Source: a virus (taxonomy: Duplodnaviria; Caudoviricetes). From it: a DNA stretch of 64,000 nucleotides. The first letter of the stretch is position 1; each line of letters begins with the position of its first letter. Positions 1 through 8,810 of the stretch are shown here, in pieces. The notes below the pieces were generated by a model that was not told the origin of the DNA, searched no databases, and saw nothing but the letters and a program-made list of their open reading frames with translations. The stretch spans positions 3,917-67,916 of IMG/VR virus record IMGVR_UViG_3300030376_004823; one strand, written 5' to 3'. Both the position numbers and the translations under genes were made by a program.

Positions 1-2241
1 AGCCTTGATGATCTCAATCTCCTTTCTGTGCTCGTGCTTCAACGTCTCCATCTGAGCTTCCAGCTGAGACTTCATCTGCTCCATCTGACTGTCTATCTGA
101 GCTTTAGCTTGCATCTCTTGCATCTTAGCTTGAGAAGCAGCCTGAGTAGATTGAGCTTGAGCCTGGGCTTGCATCTGCACGTTCTGCTGAGCTATCTGCT
201 GGTTTGCGGCCATACGCTTCTTGCGTCTAACCACCAGCAATCGCTCTGCTTGATTTATGTCTTTAAGCTGTCTTATGGCGATAGCATCCTCGATATCAAG
301 TTCCTTCTGAGAAAGTGAGATCTGGATGTTTTGCTCCAAGTACTGCTTCTCAATATCCTCCATCTCCTTTACTACCTGCACCCCAAAGTTGTACATAGCG
401 AGAGACTCGAACGTATTCAGCACCCCCATGTTCTCTTTACCTATAGCGTTCTCATACGCTCTAAACAAGATGCTGTTGCGGGGGATCACTTGCAGACACT
501 TCACTATGTCCGAGCAAACCTTCTTGAACAACACCATAGAGGAGTTTGTGATATCATAGATAGCGTTGTTGCCAGCGGCTATAGCTTGCTGCCTAACCCC
601 CACCAGCTGCTCACCCTTCGGTGTCGTACCATCCATAGCTTCGTTGATGCCTGTAGCATCACGAATCATTCTCAAGTAGTGGTTGTATAGCGCGATGAAC
701 TCATTGATGTTCCGTACACTATTACCGATTTCCCTGATGGGTGGGTTCTGGAAGCCGCCTTCAGGGTTTTTACTTCTGTAGTAGAAGACCCCCGTCTGCT
801 CGTAGATGTCATGAAGTTCGAGCGGTTGGAGCTCCCCTCCCTTTCCGAGCTGAACGTTTTCCAGGCCCTCGACATCAATGATAATACCATCTGGTTTAGC
901 TTTTGCGATAGCTTGCTGGATCTTCAGGTGAGTCAGCTGAAGCTGGTCAGCAAACCCGATGCAGCTGTCCACCATAGACTTGGGGATCATCTCCTCCATA
1001 TTGGTGGCTACGACAGAGTAAGACAAGTTGGTCTTAGTCAGGTCGTGCATGTTCTTCGGGATGTTGGTCTTTACCCCGTAGTTAAACAGCATATCGCACC
1101 CCATAATGTAGCTGCCCCCGTATACCACGGCGTTGTCCAGCTTTCTTACAGATCGCTCGTAAACAGAGTTGGACGGAGCCTTGTAGTTCTCCCCCTTCTG
1201 GTAAAACCCTACATTACCGTACCTACTCTCCTTTTCCTCGAAGTACATGGTGTCTATAGAGACGAACTCAAAGTCCAGGATCTCAACCATATACTCGTCA
1301 TAACCAAACTTGTATCGCTTCAAGTAGTCGTCATATCTGGACTGACCCATTTTAGATTGGTCATACCCATACTTCCTAGCCGCCTTTTGCGCGATAACCT
1401 TATACTGCTCCTCCGTGAACTGGTCCCCAGCGATTCTTTTCAGTTCATATATGGGGATGCGCCTTACGTGACCAGCGTAAACCAAGTCCCCAAAGTTTGG
1501 GTCTTCGGTGTAGCTATGGACAAACTCAGAAGGATCGACGTAGCTAGTCTTAATCCCTTGATTGGGGTCGTTGTCTCTTTTGACTACGGCCATCCCCAGC
1601 GTTGTGAGGTCATTAACGCAACGCCTGTATGTTGAATCGTTGAAGTCGTTCCACTTCAAGGTCATATTGGTTGCCACCTGAGCGGCTATCTCTGACGAAG
1701 ACTTTATGTTATTCCCGATGAAGATTTCGGCCTCTTCCAGTGTGTCTGGTATCTCCTCCATCTCAGAGATGTTAACCCCAGTCTTTTCTTTTATGGAGTT
1801 TAGCTTCTCTTTGTTGGCTACAGCCATCTCGATCTTCTTTCTCTCAAGGTCTTTTTCGCTTGATGATAGTGGATCGACAGCCTCTAGGTTGGGGTATGGC
1901 TCCGAAGAAAGGATTTTGTTTACTACAATCCTAACAAACTTCGGGAGGATAGGGACTGGCGTAAAGTCCATATTCAAGAAACTCCCATCAGAATTACTGG
2001 GGTCTAGGCTGGTCAGCAACTGCCTATAGATACTCGTGTCTTGAGTTCCATTAGCATACTTCCTGTTCCGCTCAAAAACCGTCCGCCTCTTTTTCATCAA
2101 GGAGCTATCCTGCTCCGATGTCCCCCATTGCGAAGAAATGGCTTTGGCGTACCGCAATCCGTACTCCTTGCCTTCTTTGATTTTCCTGGGCTCCAAGGGG
2201 TCAGGAAAGTTGATACTATTTTTTCCCTGTTTGCCGTACAT
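1..2241 (-). CDS. Portal protein (3'-truncated by the window edge; absent from the ORF track)
   Basis: I translated it by hand from ATG 2241 (MYGKQGKNSINFPDPLEPRKIKEGKEYGLRYAKAISSQWG...LNMDFTPVPILPKFV). Frame spot-checked at 1680, 1620 and 1-60. It lies directly downstream of terL and has a Q/A-rich coiled-coil C-terminus. Confidence 0.8.
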   Translation of the reverse strand, partial: MYGKQGKNSINFPDPLEPRKIKEGKEYGLRYAKAISSQWGTSEQDSSLMKKRRTVFERNRKYANGTQDTSIYRQLLTSLDPSNSDGSFLNMDFTPVPILPKFVRIVVNKILSSEPYPNLEAVDPLSSSEKDLERKKIEMAVANKEKLNSIKEKTGVNISEMEEIPDTLEEAEIFIGNNIKSSSEIAAQVATNMTLKWNDFNDSTYRRCVNDLTTLGMAVVKRDNDPNQGIKTSYVDPSEFVHSYTEDPNFGDLVYAGHVRRIPIYELKRIAGDQFTEEQYKVIAQKAARKYGYDQSKMGQSRYDDYLKRYKFGYDEYMVEILDFEFVSIDTMYFEEKESRYGNVGFYQKGENYKAPSNSVYERSVRKLDNAVVYGGSYIMGCDMLFNYGVKTNIPKNMHDLTKTNLSYSVVATNMEEMIPKSMVDSCIGFADQLQLTHLKIQQAIAKAKPDGIIIDVEGLENVQLGKGGELQPLELHDIYEQTGVFYYRSKNPEGGFQNPPIREIGNSVRNINEFIALYNHYLRMIRDATGINEAMDGTTPKGEQLVGVRQQAIAAGNNAIYDITNSSMVLFKKVCSDIVKCLQVIPRNSILFRAYENAIGKENMGVLNTFESLAMYNFGVQVVKEMEDIEKQYLEQNIQISLSQKELDIEDAIAIRQLKDINQAERLLVVRRKKRMAANQQIAQQNVQMQAQAQAQSTQAASQAKMQEMQAKAQIDSQMEQMKSQLEAQMETLKHEHRKEIEIIKA

Positions 2242-2248
2242 CTAACGG

Positions 2249-2256
2249 CAAATATA
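2249..2256 (-). promoter_or_regulatory. Bacteroidota -7 element TATATTTG, 7 nt before the portal ATG
   Basis: Matches the TAnnTTTG consensus; the motif recurs before many late genes. Confidence 0.65.
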
Positions 2257-2262
2257 ATAAAC

Positions 2263-4368
2263 TCAGCGGTGCCACTCTTTTACTTTGTTCTTTCTGAAAA
2301 ACACCTTGTCGCTTAAATCTGCTTTGGGCTTTTTCTGTACCCCTTTCTGAGCGCCAAGTAGCGCCAACCCTGAGCTAATGGTCAAGTCGTACTTGGTTCT
2401 ATTGCTGATCTTATACCCTATCCAATCCTCTAGAGTGTCGTTGAAATACATATTCCCGAAGTCTGCGGTCTCAGCTCTAACACCAACATGATCATGAATA
2501 TAAGTTTCTATTGCGTGGGCGTGGGCCTGGATTACATCCTGAGAGTTAGACGGGATACCCTTGGTTTTCACGTTTACTTTGGAGTTTGCTGTCTTTAAGT
2601 GCTCTGGCCTATTCATAACATATCCATCGTAACCTCTTGATTCAAAGTACCTTACTATCCCGTACTTATTGTTCTCGATTAACAGTGGGAAGCCGTAATA
2701 GAAAGCAGCCATAAGTACGTCTTCGTAGAATACGCTGGCTAGGTCTGGTCGAGAGGCATACTCCAAAACAAACATGTTGCTCGGAACCTGATCGTTCATA
2801 TTGAACTTGTTGTACAGGTGCATGGCCCCCTTAGACCCTCTCCCGTCCACGGTCTCATCAAGGTCGTAAGAGTCTACCCCACCAACACCATACTGAGCAT
2901 TTGGTGGCACTCTTTTGCCTCTGTTGTCTGCAGTTTTATTCCGCATCTCTGGAGGGGGTTGCCAAGCTATTCGGAACCTACCCCTAGAGTCTGGAGAGAA
3001 AATGACCTCTTTGTCTTTCTCCTTCCACATAAAGTTGCCCCTTACTATAGGGTTGGGGTAGAGGTTGTTGTTCCAGTCTATTTGCTGGTATATTTTGCCA
3101 ATATTGAATATGCTCCCCTCGATACTATCTCGGAAGGCTTCGTCTTCTGTCAGAGGGAACTGTCGTATAACCTCGTTCAGCTCCGAGGGATCGTGCTTGA
3201 GGCTGTCCCTTTCGTTCTTCAGGTAAGTTGTGCTCCCCTGGTCTATGGGTTCGTCGTCAATGCCTTCTACTGGCGACTCTGGGTCTTCCACCACGGGGTT
3301 CCCGTACTTATCGAAGAACCCTTCCAAGGCATGACTAGCGGGTATAAAGATCCTGTATAGTCCGCTTCTAGTTCTCCCGTTCGCGTTCCTTTCTAACGGA
3401 TCTGAATCCCCCCATAGGTTTTTGTACTCCTCCCCACCCTTATCCATGGGGTTTACGGTAGAGCCAACCAGGGCCTTACCTACTATCTTCTTACCAACGA
3501 TGAGACAAGTTCTCTCAATCCGCCAGGCTTCTTTAATATCGACTGGCTTTTCCCACTTACCTGCCTCGTCGAGGTAGAGGATGTGGAGCTTTTCTCCATC
3601 GTAGGCGTTGTTGGTGGTGTTTTTCCAGTTGACGATGGTATTGAGGGCATCACCCTTCTGTGACGTCTTATTCTTCTTGGTGATTCGTTTTGATGGTTCC
3701 CGAAAAGCGAGTTCCATACGTGGGTTCGTCGTTCCATCCTGTATAGGTTTAAAGAAGAATGGGTAGCTCCGAAACATCGGGATTACCTTCTTCATGAATA
3801 TGTTCTCCTGTGCGTCTTTACCAGTCTTAGACTGGATTCCGAGGAGCTTGTCTTTTACTTGCGTAGCTTCGTCAACAAGTACAGCGGCACAGATATTAGT
3901 ATAGCCAGAACGGCGACACTTAGTATATAGCTGACCGATACAACGGGGATCGATCTCGCACGCAGCCATGTGAAGAAAGATCTCACGTTGGAACGCAAGG
4001 TACGAAGGATATCCGATATCAATTTTCGACCACTGGAGAAACATGTAATGTCTCCCTGTAATGTACGTAGGCACACCATTGTTGTAAAACCAAACACCGT
4101 TACGCCTCCGCTCAAACTCTTGCTCGATGTAAGGAGAAAAGGAACGTCGAAACTCGGCAGGTTTCTCGAACCACTCATCCATACTTCTAACCCTCGACAG
4201 TTCTTTAGGCATTGGGGTGCGACTCCACATCTGCATCGCTTTAGGTCTGTCGTGGAAGAGGATATCTTTCTTTGCTGGCTTTTTCGGAAGAACAATGTCA
4301 AGGTCGTGGATCTGTATGACCTCGCCTTGCTTACCTCCGCTGTCCAGCCAAATAGCGTCATCAGTCAT
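2263..4368 (-). CDS. terL: Terminase large subunit
   Basis: 701 aa. ATPase motifs KCRRSGYT and LHILYLDEAGKW; RNase H-like nuclease motifs GVGGVDSY and DLTISSGLAL; adjacent to the portal. Confidence 0.92.
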   Translation of the reverse strand: MTDDAIWLDSGGKQGEVIQIHDLDIVLPKKPAKKDILFHDRPKAMQMWSRTPMPKELSRVRSMDEWFEKPAEFRRSFSPYIEQEFERRRNGVWFYNNGVPTYITGRHYMFLQWSKIDIGYPSYLAFQREIFLHMAACEIDPRCIGQLYTKCRRSGYTNICAAVLVDEATQVKDKLLGIQSKTGKDAQENIFMKKVIPMFRSYPFFFKPIQDGTTNPRMELAFREPSKRITKKNKTSQKGDALNTIVNWKNTTNNAYDGEKLHILYLDEAGKWEKPVDIKEAWRIERTCLIVGKKIVGKALVGSTVNPMDKGGEEYKNLWGDSDPLERNANGRTRSGLYRIFIPASHALEGFFDKYGNPVVEDPESPVEGIDDEPIDQGSTTYLKNERDSLKHDPSELNEVIRQFPLTEDEAFRDSIEGSIFNIGKIYQQIDWNNNLYPNPIVRGNFMWKEKDKEVIFSPDSRGRFRIAWQPPPEMRNKTADNRGKRVPPNAQYGVGGVDSYDLDETVDGRGSKGAMHLYNKFNMNDQVPSNMFVLEYASRPDLASVFYEDVLMAAFYYGFPLLIENNKYGIVRYFESRGYDGYVMNRPEHLKTANSKVNVKTKGIPSNSQDVIQAHAHAIETYIHDHVGVRAETADFGNMYFNDTLEDWIGYKISNRTKYDLTISSGLALLGAQKGVQKKPKADLSDKVFFRKNKVKEWHR

Positions 4369-4369
4369 A

Positions 4370-5638
4370 CTATCTAAATATCTGTACTGACCCCTGGATA
4401 GATAAGTTTCTGCCCCCGTAAGTCCTGGCCTTTATGATCCACGCATACACCCCGTCAGGGACATAGTGGCTTCCAGAACCCCCGTCCCAAGATTGCTCTG
4501 GGTCATCAGTCTGAAAGATCATGTCCCCCCATCTGTTGTATATGCTCATGCTCCACTCCCCCCAACAGCTTGGATCCGCCTGATGAGCTTTAAACCCATC
4601 GTTCAGCCCGTCATTGTTTGGGGTAAATACATTCGGGACGAACACAACCATCTCGTCGCATTCATCAAACCCTGGCTGATCGTCACACGGGAGACCTGTA
4701 TTGCAGTCCAGCCATAGCTCTTGCACTATATACTCTTGCAAGGTATCTGTAACATACTCAGTTACATACAAAGTATCGGTAAAGTAATACTCTATAACTT
4801 CTGGGGGAAGTTGCTGATATACAGTATCATACTCAGTTATATACAGCGTGTCGGTAAGGTATACGTATGTAGTGTCATAGAAATACCAGTTGATTGGTAT
4901 GGGGATGGTGTCGTTGATCACTACGGTGTCAACCTCTACAACCACAATGGTATCTGGAGGAATCTCTACATACACAGTGTCTACTATAACCTCTGGTATC
5001 GGTTCCCCACAGGGACCTACTACAACCCAGTTGTCCAAGAAGTTAGCGTCTTCATACAGCCCAACCCCTGTTGATGTTCCGTCTCCATTCGGCCCTACCT
5101 CAGCCCAGCCCCCGTCAGCAGCATACATAGTAACCCCATAGCTTATCTGCCATACCACCACTTGAACGCTCAGCCCTTGGTCAACCCAGTGTTCTATAAC
5201 TGGCTCAACCTGACAATACATACCATAAGCAAACTGACCGTTTACACAGTCGCTCTGATATTGGTTGTATATAGGGAAGACAACGGTGTCCCCAGTATAG
5301 TAAGGGGGGTCTATGGATTCATCATATAGATTGGTCCAGTTGTTGCCAGTGTCTGTGCTGGTAGCGGAATATATCCACCCTGGGTGATTAGACTCTGGAG
5401 AGAGAGAAAAACCAGACGGGAACTCCCACCCCTGGTTCATTGCATTGCAATCCCCATCTAAAGCCTGAAACCCAAACTGTATTTCAGAAATGCCGTCAGG
5501 GCCACTGGCACCCCCGCAATTCTCTGTGTTGTTGAAGGCCACTGTGACGTAACCCTGATTAAGGTCTACGTCTATTATCTCTAGGTCGCACTGCGCAGAG
5601 CACAGAAGCGGGAAGAACAAGGGGAGGAAGCGCTTCAT
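4370..5638 (-). CDS. Secreted protein with T9SS type-B (CHU_C / gliding-motility-associated) C-terminal domain and DT(V/I/L/T)-repeat stalk
   Basis: Signal peptide MKRFLPLFFPLLCSAQ. C-terminus VFVPNVFTPNNDGLND...IYNRWGDMIFQT...WDG...PDGVY...GSVQIFR is a typical type-B CTD. Confidence 0.85.
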   Translation of the reverse strand: MKRFLPLFFPLLCSAQCDLEIIDVDLNQGYVTVAFNNTENCGGASGPDGISEIQFGFQALDGDCNAMNQGWEFPSGFSLSPESNHPGWIYSATSTDTGNNWTNLYDESIDPPYYTGDTVVFPIYNQYQSDCVNGQFAYGMYCQVEPVIEHWVDQGLSVQVVVWQISYGVTMYAADGGWAEVGPNGDGTSTGVGLYEDANFLDNWVVVGPCGEPIPEVIVDTVYVEIPPDTIVVVEVDTVVINDTIPIPINWYFYDTTYVYLTDTLYITEYDTVYQQLPPEVIEYYFTDTLYVTEYVTDTLQEYIVQELWLDCNTGLPCDDQPGFDECDEMVVFVPNVFTPNNDGLNDGFKAHQADPSCWGEWSMSIYNRWGDMIFQTDDPEQSWDGGSGSHYVPDGVYAWIIKARTYGGRNLSIQGSVQIFR

Positions 5639-5766
5639 CTCCCTTGCCCTCTATACGCCTTAGCGTAGTTTTTGGAACCCTTGTGCTTCGACGTCTTCGT
5701 CTTGGCGTGGACGCCAGGCCTATTGACCTTGTTTTTTTGCTTGTAGCTGTCTACTTGTTTTGCCAT
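5635..5766 (-). CDS. Small basic protein (43 aa, not in the ORF track)
   Basis: MAKQVDSYKQKNKVNRPGVHAKTKTSKHKGSKNYAKAYRGQGR; ATGA overlap with the next gene. Confidence 0.6.
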   Translation of the reverse strand: MAKQVDSYKQKNKVNRPGVHAKTKTSKHKGSKNYAKAYRGQGR

Positions 5767-5783
5767 GGTATTTAATTTATGTG

Positions 5784-5857
5784 TTGGGGCGGAGGGGCTC
5801 GAACCCTCGACTTCCTGCGTATAAGACAGACGCTCTAACCAACTGAACTACGCCCCA
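5784..5857 (-). tRNA. tRNA-Ile (anticodon UAU)
   Basis: Cloverleaf: acceptor TGGGGCG/CGCCCCA, D arm GTTC/GAGC, anticodon loop CT-TAT-AC, T arm GAGGG-TTCGAGC-CCCTC, discriminator A. No encoded CCA. Confidence 0.85.
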
Positions 5858-5901
5858 GTTTGATTCGCCCCGTATACGTAGGGGGCCGTCGTGTCGAAAA
5901 T

Positions 5902-6120
5902 TTATTTGCTGGCTCTTTTCTTTGGCCTATTGTTAGCTCGGTTTATTGCAGCTTTTATGAATCTACGGATTTTGCCACCCTCATGAGCGGCGTCCAAGCC
6001 ATCACCGTTACCATACGTCCCTTTTTTACGGTTGTACTTATTGAGCTCGGCACGGTATTTTTTGGCCGCTTTGGTTTTGCCGTACTTTCCATACTCTTTT
6101 TTGTAATCTCTAGCTTTCAT
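5902..6120 (-). CDS. Small basic protein, degenerate HNH-like
   Basis: MKARDYKKEY...RAELNKYNR...GDGLDAAH...INRANN resembles small HNH-like podophage proteins. Start moved to ATG 6120. Confidence 0.5.
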   Translation of the reverse strand: MKARDYKKEYGKYGKTKAAKKYRAELNKYNRKKGTYGNGDGLDAAHEGGKIRRFIKAAINRANNRPKKRASK

Positions 6121-6203
6121 ACTCTCCGTTCCACTCTTCGTTGAAGTAGATGTGGTTGTTATGCGAAGATACCCATTTATAATCTCCCCTTCTAAAGGTG
6201 TGA

Positions 6204-6527
6204 TCACTTGCTGAACTTCTCTGCGAATCCGCCTGAGTAGTCTTTGTCTTCTTGGACTTCTCCATTTTCTTGTAGCTCTTTAACCATAATTTCTAGCGAC
6301 TGCCGCTCCCGAAGCAGCTCCTTGCAATCCACTGCGGTTTGCTTAACAGATTGAAGCTCTGCTTTCCTAGCGCTGCCATTGACTTCCTGATCGACAGGCT
6401 TTTTTACCTCTTCGATCATGTTATCTATAGCGATAGACATTGCGTCCATCAACCTAGTGGCGGCGCTAAGCGTACTAAACTTTGTAGAGGAGCTCCGTGA
6501 CCGCGACCCTGTAGTATTCCGTCCCAT
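6204..6527 (-). CDS. Helical hypothetical protein, candidate terminase small subunit
   Basis: Coiled-coil-like sequence in the packaging operon upstream of terL. Start is uncertain; function inferred from position only. Confidence 0.45.
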   Translation of the reverse strand: MGRNTTGSRSRSSSTKFSTLSAATRLMDAMSIAIDNMIEEVKKPVDQEVNGSARKAELQSVKQTAVDCKELLRERQSLEIMVKELQENGEVQEDKDYSGGFAEKFSK

Positions 6528-7050
6528 TGATTTTAATTCTGTAGTCTCTGTCCTTTTTGAAGCCAACCACGTCGCCATGGGATACTCCAAGCTCTTCAAG
6601 CTCTGGGGTGTCAAAGGATACCACACCCTGGGTTACGGGTTTCTTTTGTAAGGAAACCACTTCAATGAGTCCAGAAGGTCCAGAGTCATCTTCATCAACA
6701 GGCTCAAGCAAACACCAGCCCTTGATAGGATAAACCACGCCTTCACTCTGATACGCAATAGCCTGATTAGCCGCCGCATGCTCTTCATTGTATTGGACAA
6801 TGTATTGATTGTCTTCTTTACAAAGTGGCGAACCACCATGGATAACCACATGATGATGGAAGTAAAGAGTGTCACCAGCTTTTGCGCCAGTGTCATACTT
6901 GAGCGGCGCAGCCAAGACTTTGCCTTCTGTAGTTCTGTGTTCAAACTCATTGTACTTAGTGCTTATATATAGCTCCAGTCCCGAATCGGTTGTTATGGTG
7001 TCCTGAAGTTCTTTCTCTATCTCTACAATAAATTTATCTAGTGATTTCAT
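6475..7050 (-). CDS. Tandem GroES-like co-chaperonin
   Basis: Two Cpn10-like halves: EGKVLAAP...KAGDTLYF and SGLI...QGVV...GVSHGDVVGF...YRIKINGTEY. Confidence 0.65.
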   Translation of the reverse strand: MKSLDKFIVEIEKELQDTITTDSGLELYISTKYNEFEHRTTEGKVLAAPLKYDTGAKAGDTLYFHHHVVIHGGSPLCKEDNQYIVQYNEEHAAANQAIAYQSEGVVYPIKGWCLLEPVDEDDSGPSGLIEVVSLQKKPVTQGVVSFDTPELEELGVSHGDVVGFKKDRDYRIKINGTEYYRVAVTELLYKV

Positions 7051-7054
7051 TTCA

Positions 7055-7291
7055 TTAAAAGTTCAAGTCAAATTCTAGTAGGCAAGGCATGTCGTCTATC
7101 GCCTTCCAAAGGTCGGTTCCGTCAGGCCCCTCGGTGTAAACCAAGTACCTGCACTTACCAAACTTATGCAGGTAAGAGTCGTCTTGAATAATAGCAGATA
7201 CATTGCTATTCCCTGCACGCATACCTACAAAGTACGCCATCCCATTCTTGGGGTCTTTTCCGACCACAAGCTTCCTTATCAATCCATCCAT
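7055..7291 (-). CDS. Conserved hypothetical protein of crAss-like phages
   Basis: IRKLVVGKDPKNGMAYFVG...WK pattern resembles a small conserved gene found next to GroES in this phage group (recognition from memory). Confidence 0.55.
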   Translation of the reverse strand: MDGLIRKLVVGKDPKNGMAYFVGMRAGNSNVSAIIQDDSYLHKFGKCRYLVYTEGPDGTDLWKAIDDMPCLLEFDLNF

Positions 7292-7596
7292 CAGTTAAGT
7301 GATATTCCGAGGTCCCCCAGTATATCGTCTATATCTCCGTCGGGGTCCTCAAACTGCTGGTCCATTATTCCTTTAACCATTTCTAGCTCCAGCCTACTGT
7401 CAAGGTTGTAACTGAATACGCTTTTTAGTTGAACCTGATCCTCCTCCCCTGGGGAAAGAATCTCGTCTATATCGAGAACGCCTAGCATTATGGCGGACAT
7501 CACCCTATCTTCGTAATTGTAGCTCTTTATGAGCTCTTCTATTTGAACGATGAGCGAGTACACTTCGGCGATAAACTCTTTGTCTCTCGTATTCAT
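7291..7596 (-). CDS. Acidic hypothetical protein
   Basis: 101-aa ORF translationally coupled in the late operon and preceded by TATCTTTG. Confidence 0.6.
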   Translation of the reverse strand: MNTRDKEFIAEVYSLIVQIEELIKSYNYEDRVMSAIMLGVLDIDEILSPGEEDQVQLKSVFSYNLDSRLELEMVKGIMDQQFEDPDGDIDDILGDLGISLN

Positions 7597-7610
7597 TATC
7601 TCAAAGATAA
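7596..7610. promoter_or_regulatory. Inverted repeat TTATCT-CAA-AGATAA overlapping a -7 element (TATCTTTG on the - strand, 7602-7609)
   Basis: Perfect 6-bp inverted repeat in the 20-nt gap between divergent genes. Confidence 0.55.
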
Positions 7611-7616
7611 GTAATC

Positions 7617-8033
7617 ATGCCTAAGTCAAGGGTTTCTAAAACCAAGATGTTCAGGGACTTCTCTAGGATGAAAGGGAAGTACTTGAACAACAACCACCTC
7701 AAAAACTTGCATTCGGCAAGAAAGAAGTTCTGTAAAGACAGTGGGGTGGGGTGGAAGCACTTGGAGTTTATGCTCTGGGCCTACGACCTAGAGTTCTTTA
7801 CTATAGACTACGCCTCAGAGGAGTACGAATACAATAGAACCAATATGGCGAACAGGATTATATACCCACTGCAGTCCGACGGGTATATATACAAGCACTT
7901 TGAGAGGCTAACCCCCTCAAAGACTTTAGAAGATCACATATTCAGAGAAGAAACCAAGTACAACTACAGGGTGCGATACGCCCTCTCTCAACGCGCTAGG
8001 CTGTTGGTGCAGCGGTTTTACCAGAGCTTGTAG
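7617..8033 (+). CDS. Winged-helix (MarR-like) putative regulator
   Basis: The only + strand gene in the left late block. Helix-helix-wing pattern ...RIIYPLQSDGYIYK...YRVRYALSQRARLLVQRFY. Confidence 0.5.
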   Translation: MPKSRVSKTKMFRDFSRMKGKYLNNNHLKNLHSARKKFCKDSGVGWKHLEFMLWAYDLEFFTIDYASEEYEYNRTNMANRIIYPLQSDGYIYKHFERLTPSKTLEDHIFREETKYNYRVRYALSQRARLLVQRFYQSL

Positions 8034-8485
8034 GTCGTGCCTGGGTACTTGGGGTCTTTATATGCCTTCAATACCCTCCCTTTGTTTTCTGTAGGGGAGT
8101 TGTAGCTTACGTGAACCCAATCGGGGTTGGAGTCGTCACCAAACTCCCAGATCAGCTGATCGAAATCCAAGCAGTCTTTGATATAGTGAAATATCTCTCC
8201 GTTGGTGACCTTACCGAATACATCGGCGTCAAGATCCAGCGCTCTCCCCTGGCAGTGCTGTGACGTGGTGCTCCCCCCTATCGCGGTGTTCAGCTTGGGG
8301 GATCTATACCCAGAAGAAATGTATATCGGGACACCGAAGTGCTCTCTAACAGGCTGAAAGATGTGCTCGGCAACCAGCTTCAGGTTGGTTATCTGCGGGT
8401 CGTCAGGCTGATTTTTTAAACCAAGTCGGCTGGCCGTTAAACTTTTGGTACACTCTTTTAGAGTCAGGTTTTCTGATAAATTCAT
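8018..8485 (-). CDS. Endolysin, peptidase M15A (Zn D-Ala-D-Ala peptidase fold)
   Basis: Motifs SGYRS..LN..IGGS.TSQHC.GRALDLD and WVHVSY. Confidence 0.9.
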   Translation of the reverse strand: MNLSENLTLKECTKSLTASRLGLKNQPDDPQITNLKLVAEHIFQPVREHFGVPIYISSGYRSPKLNTAIGGSTTSQHCQGRALDLDADVFGKVTNGEIFHYIKDCLDFDQLIWEFGDDSNPDWVHVSYNSPTENKGRVLKAYKDPKYPGTTYKLW

Positions 8486-8545
8486 TTCTCTTCCTGTTGA
8501 AGTCTTTAAGTTTCATCCTGGGGTTGAAGTAACCCTTGCTACCCA

Positions 8546-8800
8546 TCAGTTGCGACAAGACTTAGAAGTCCTTCTACCCTTTCCAAATCCGCACTTGATA
8601 ACCTTGATGCCCTTACCTCTAGTGTTGTAGTTTACGGTTTTTGTCTTCTTGGGCTTCTTAGACTTTTTTGCCTTGGCTGGGGCGGGGTTGGTAGATTTCT
8701 CCCCAACCATCTGAGATGACGGGAGGAACCTAGGGGATTGAGGCGCTACGTTGCGTCTCTTGTTGCTTTTTTTTGGTCTTCTAGGCTTCTTGTCTGTCAT
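8546..8800 (-). CDS. K/R/P-rich basic hypothetical protein
   Basis: Low-complexity basic ORF in operon position. Confidence 0.45.
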   Translation of the reverse strand: MTDKKPRRPKKSNKRRNVAPQSPRFLPSSQMVGEKSTNPAPAKAKKSKKPKKTKTVNYNTRGKGIKVIKCGFGKGRRTSKSCRN

Positions 8801-8810
8801 GGATTGCGCT

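Noticed and set aside
28-1635. + strand ORFs 28..318, 331..690 and 811..1635, including LHL-like repeats
   Set aside because: Antisense shadows of the portal gene; the repeats mirror its Q/A-rich coiled coil.
5902-6120. Active mobile HNH homing endonuclease
   Set aside because: Too short, and lacks a complete His-Me finger; kept only as HNH-like.
8403-8546. 47-aa - strand ORF MGSKGYFNPRMKLKDF...
   Set aside because: Coupled to the upstream stop but overlaps the endolysin by over 80 nt; not enough support to list as a gene.
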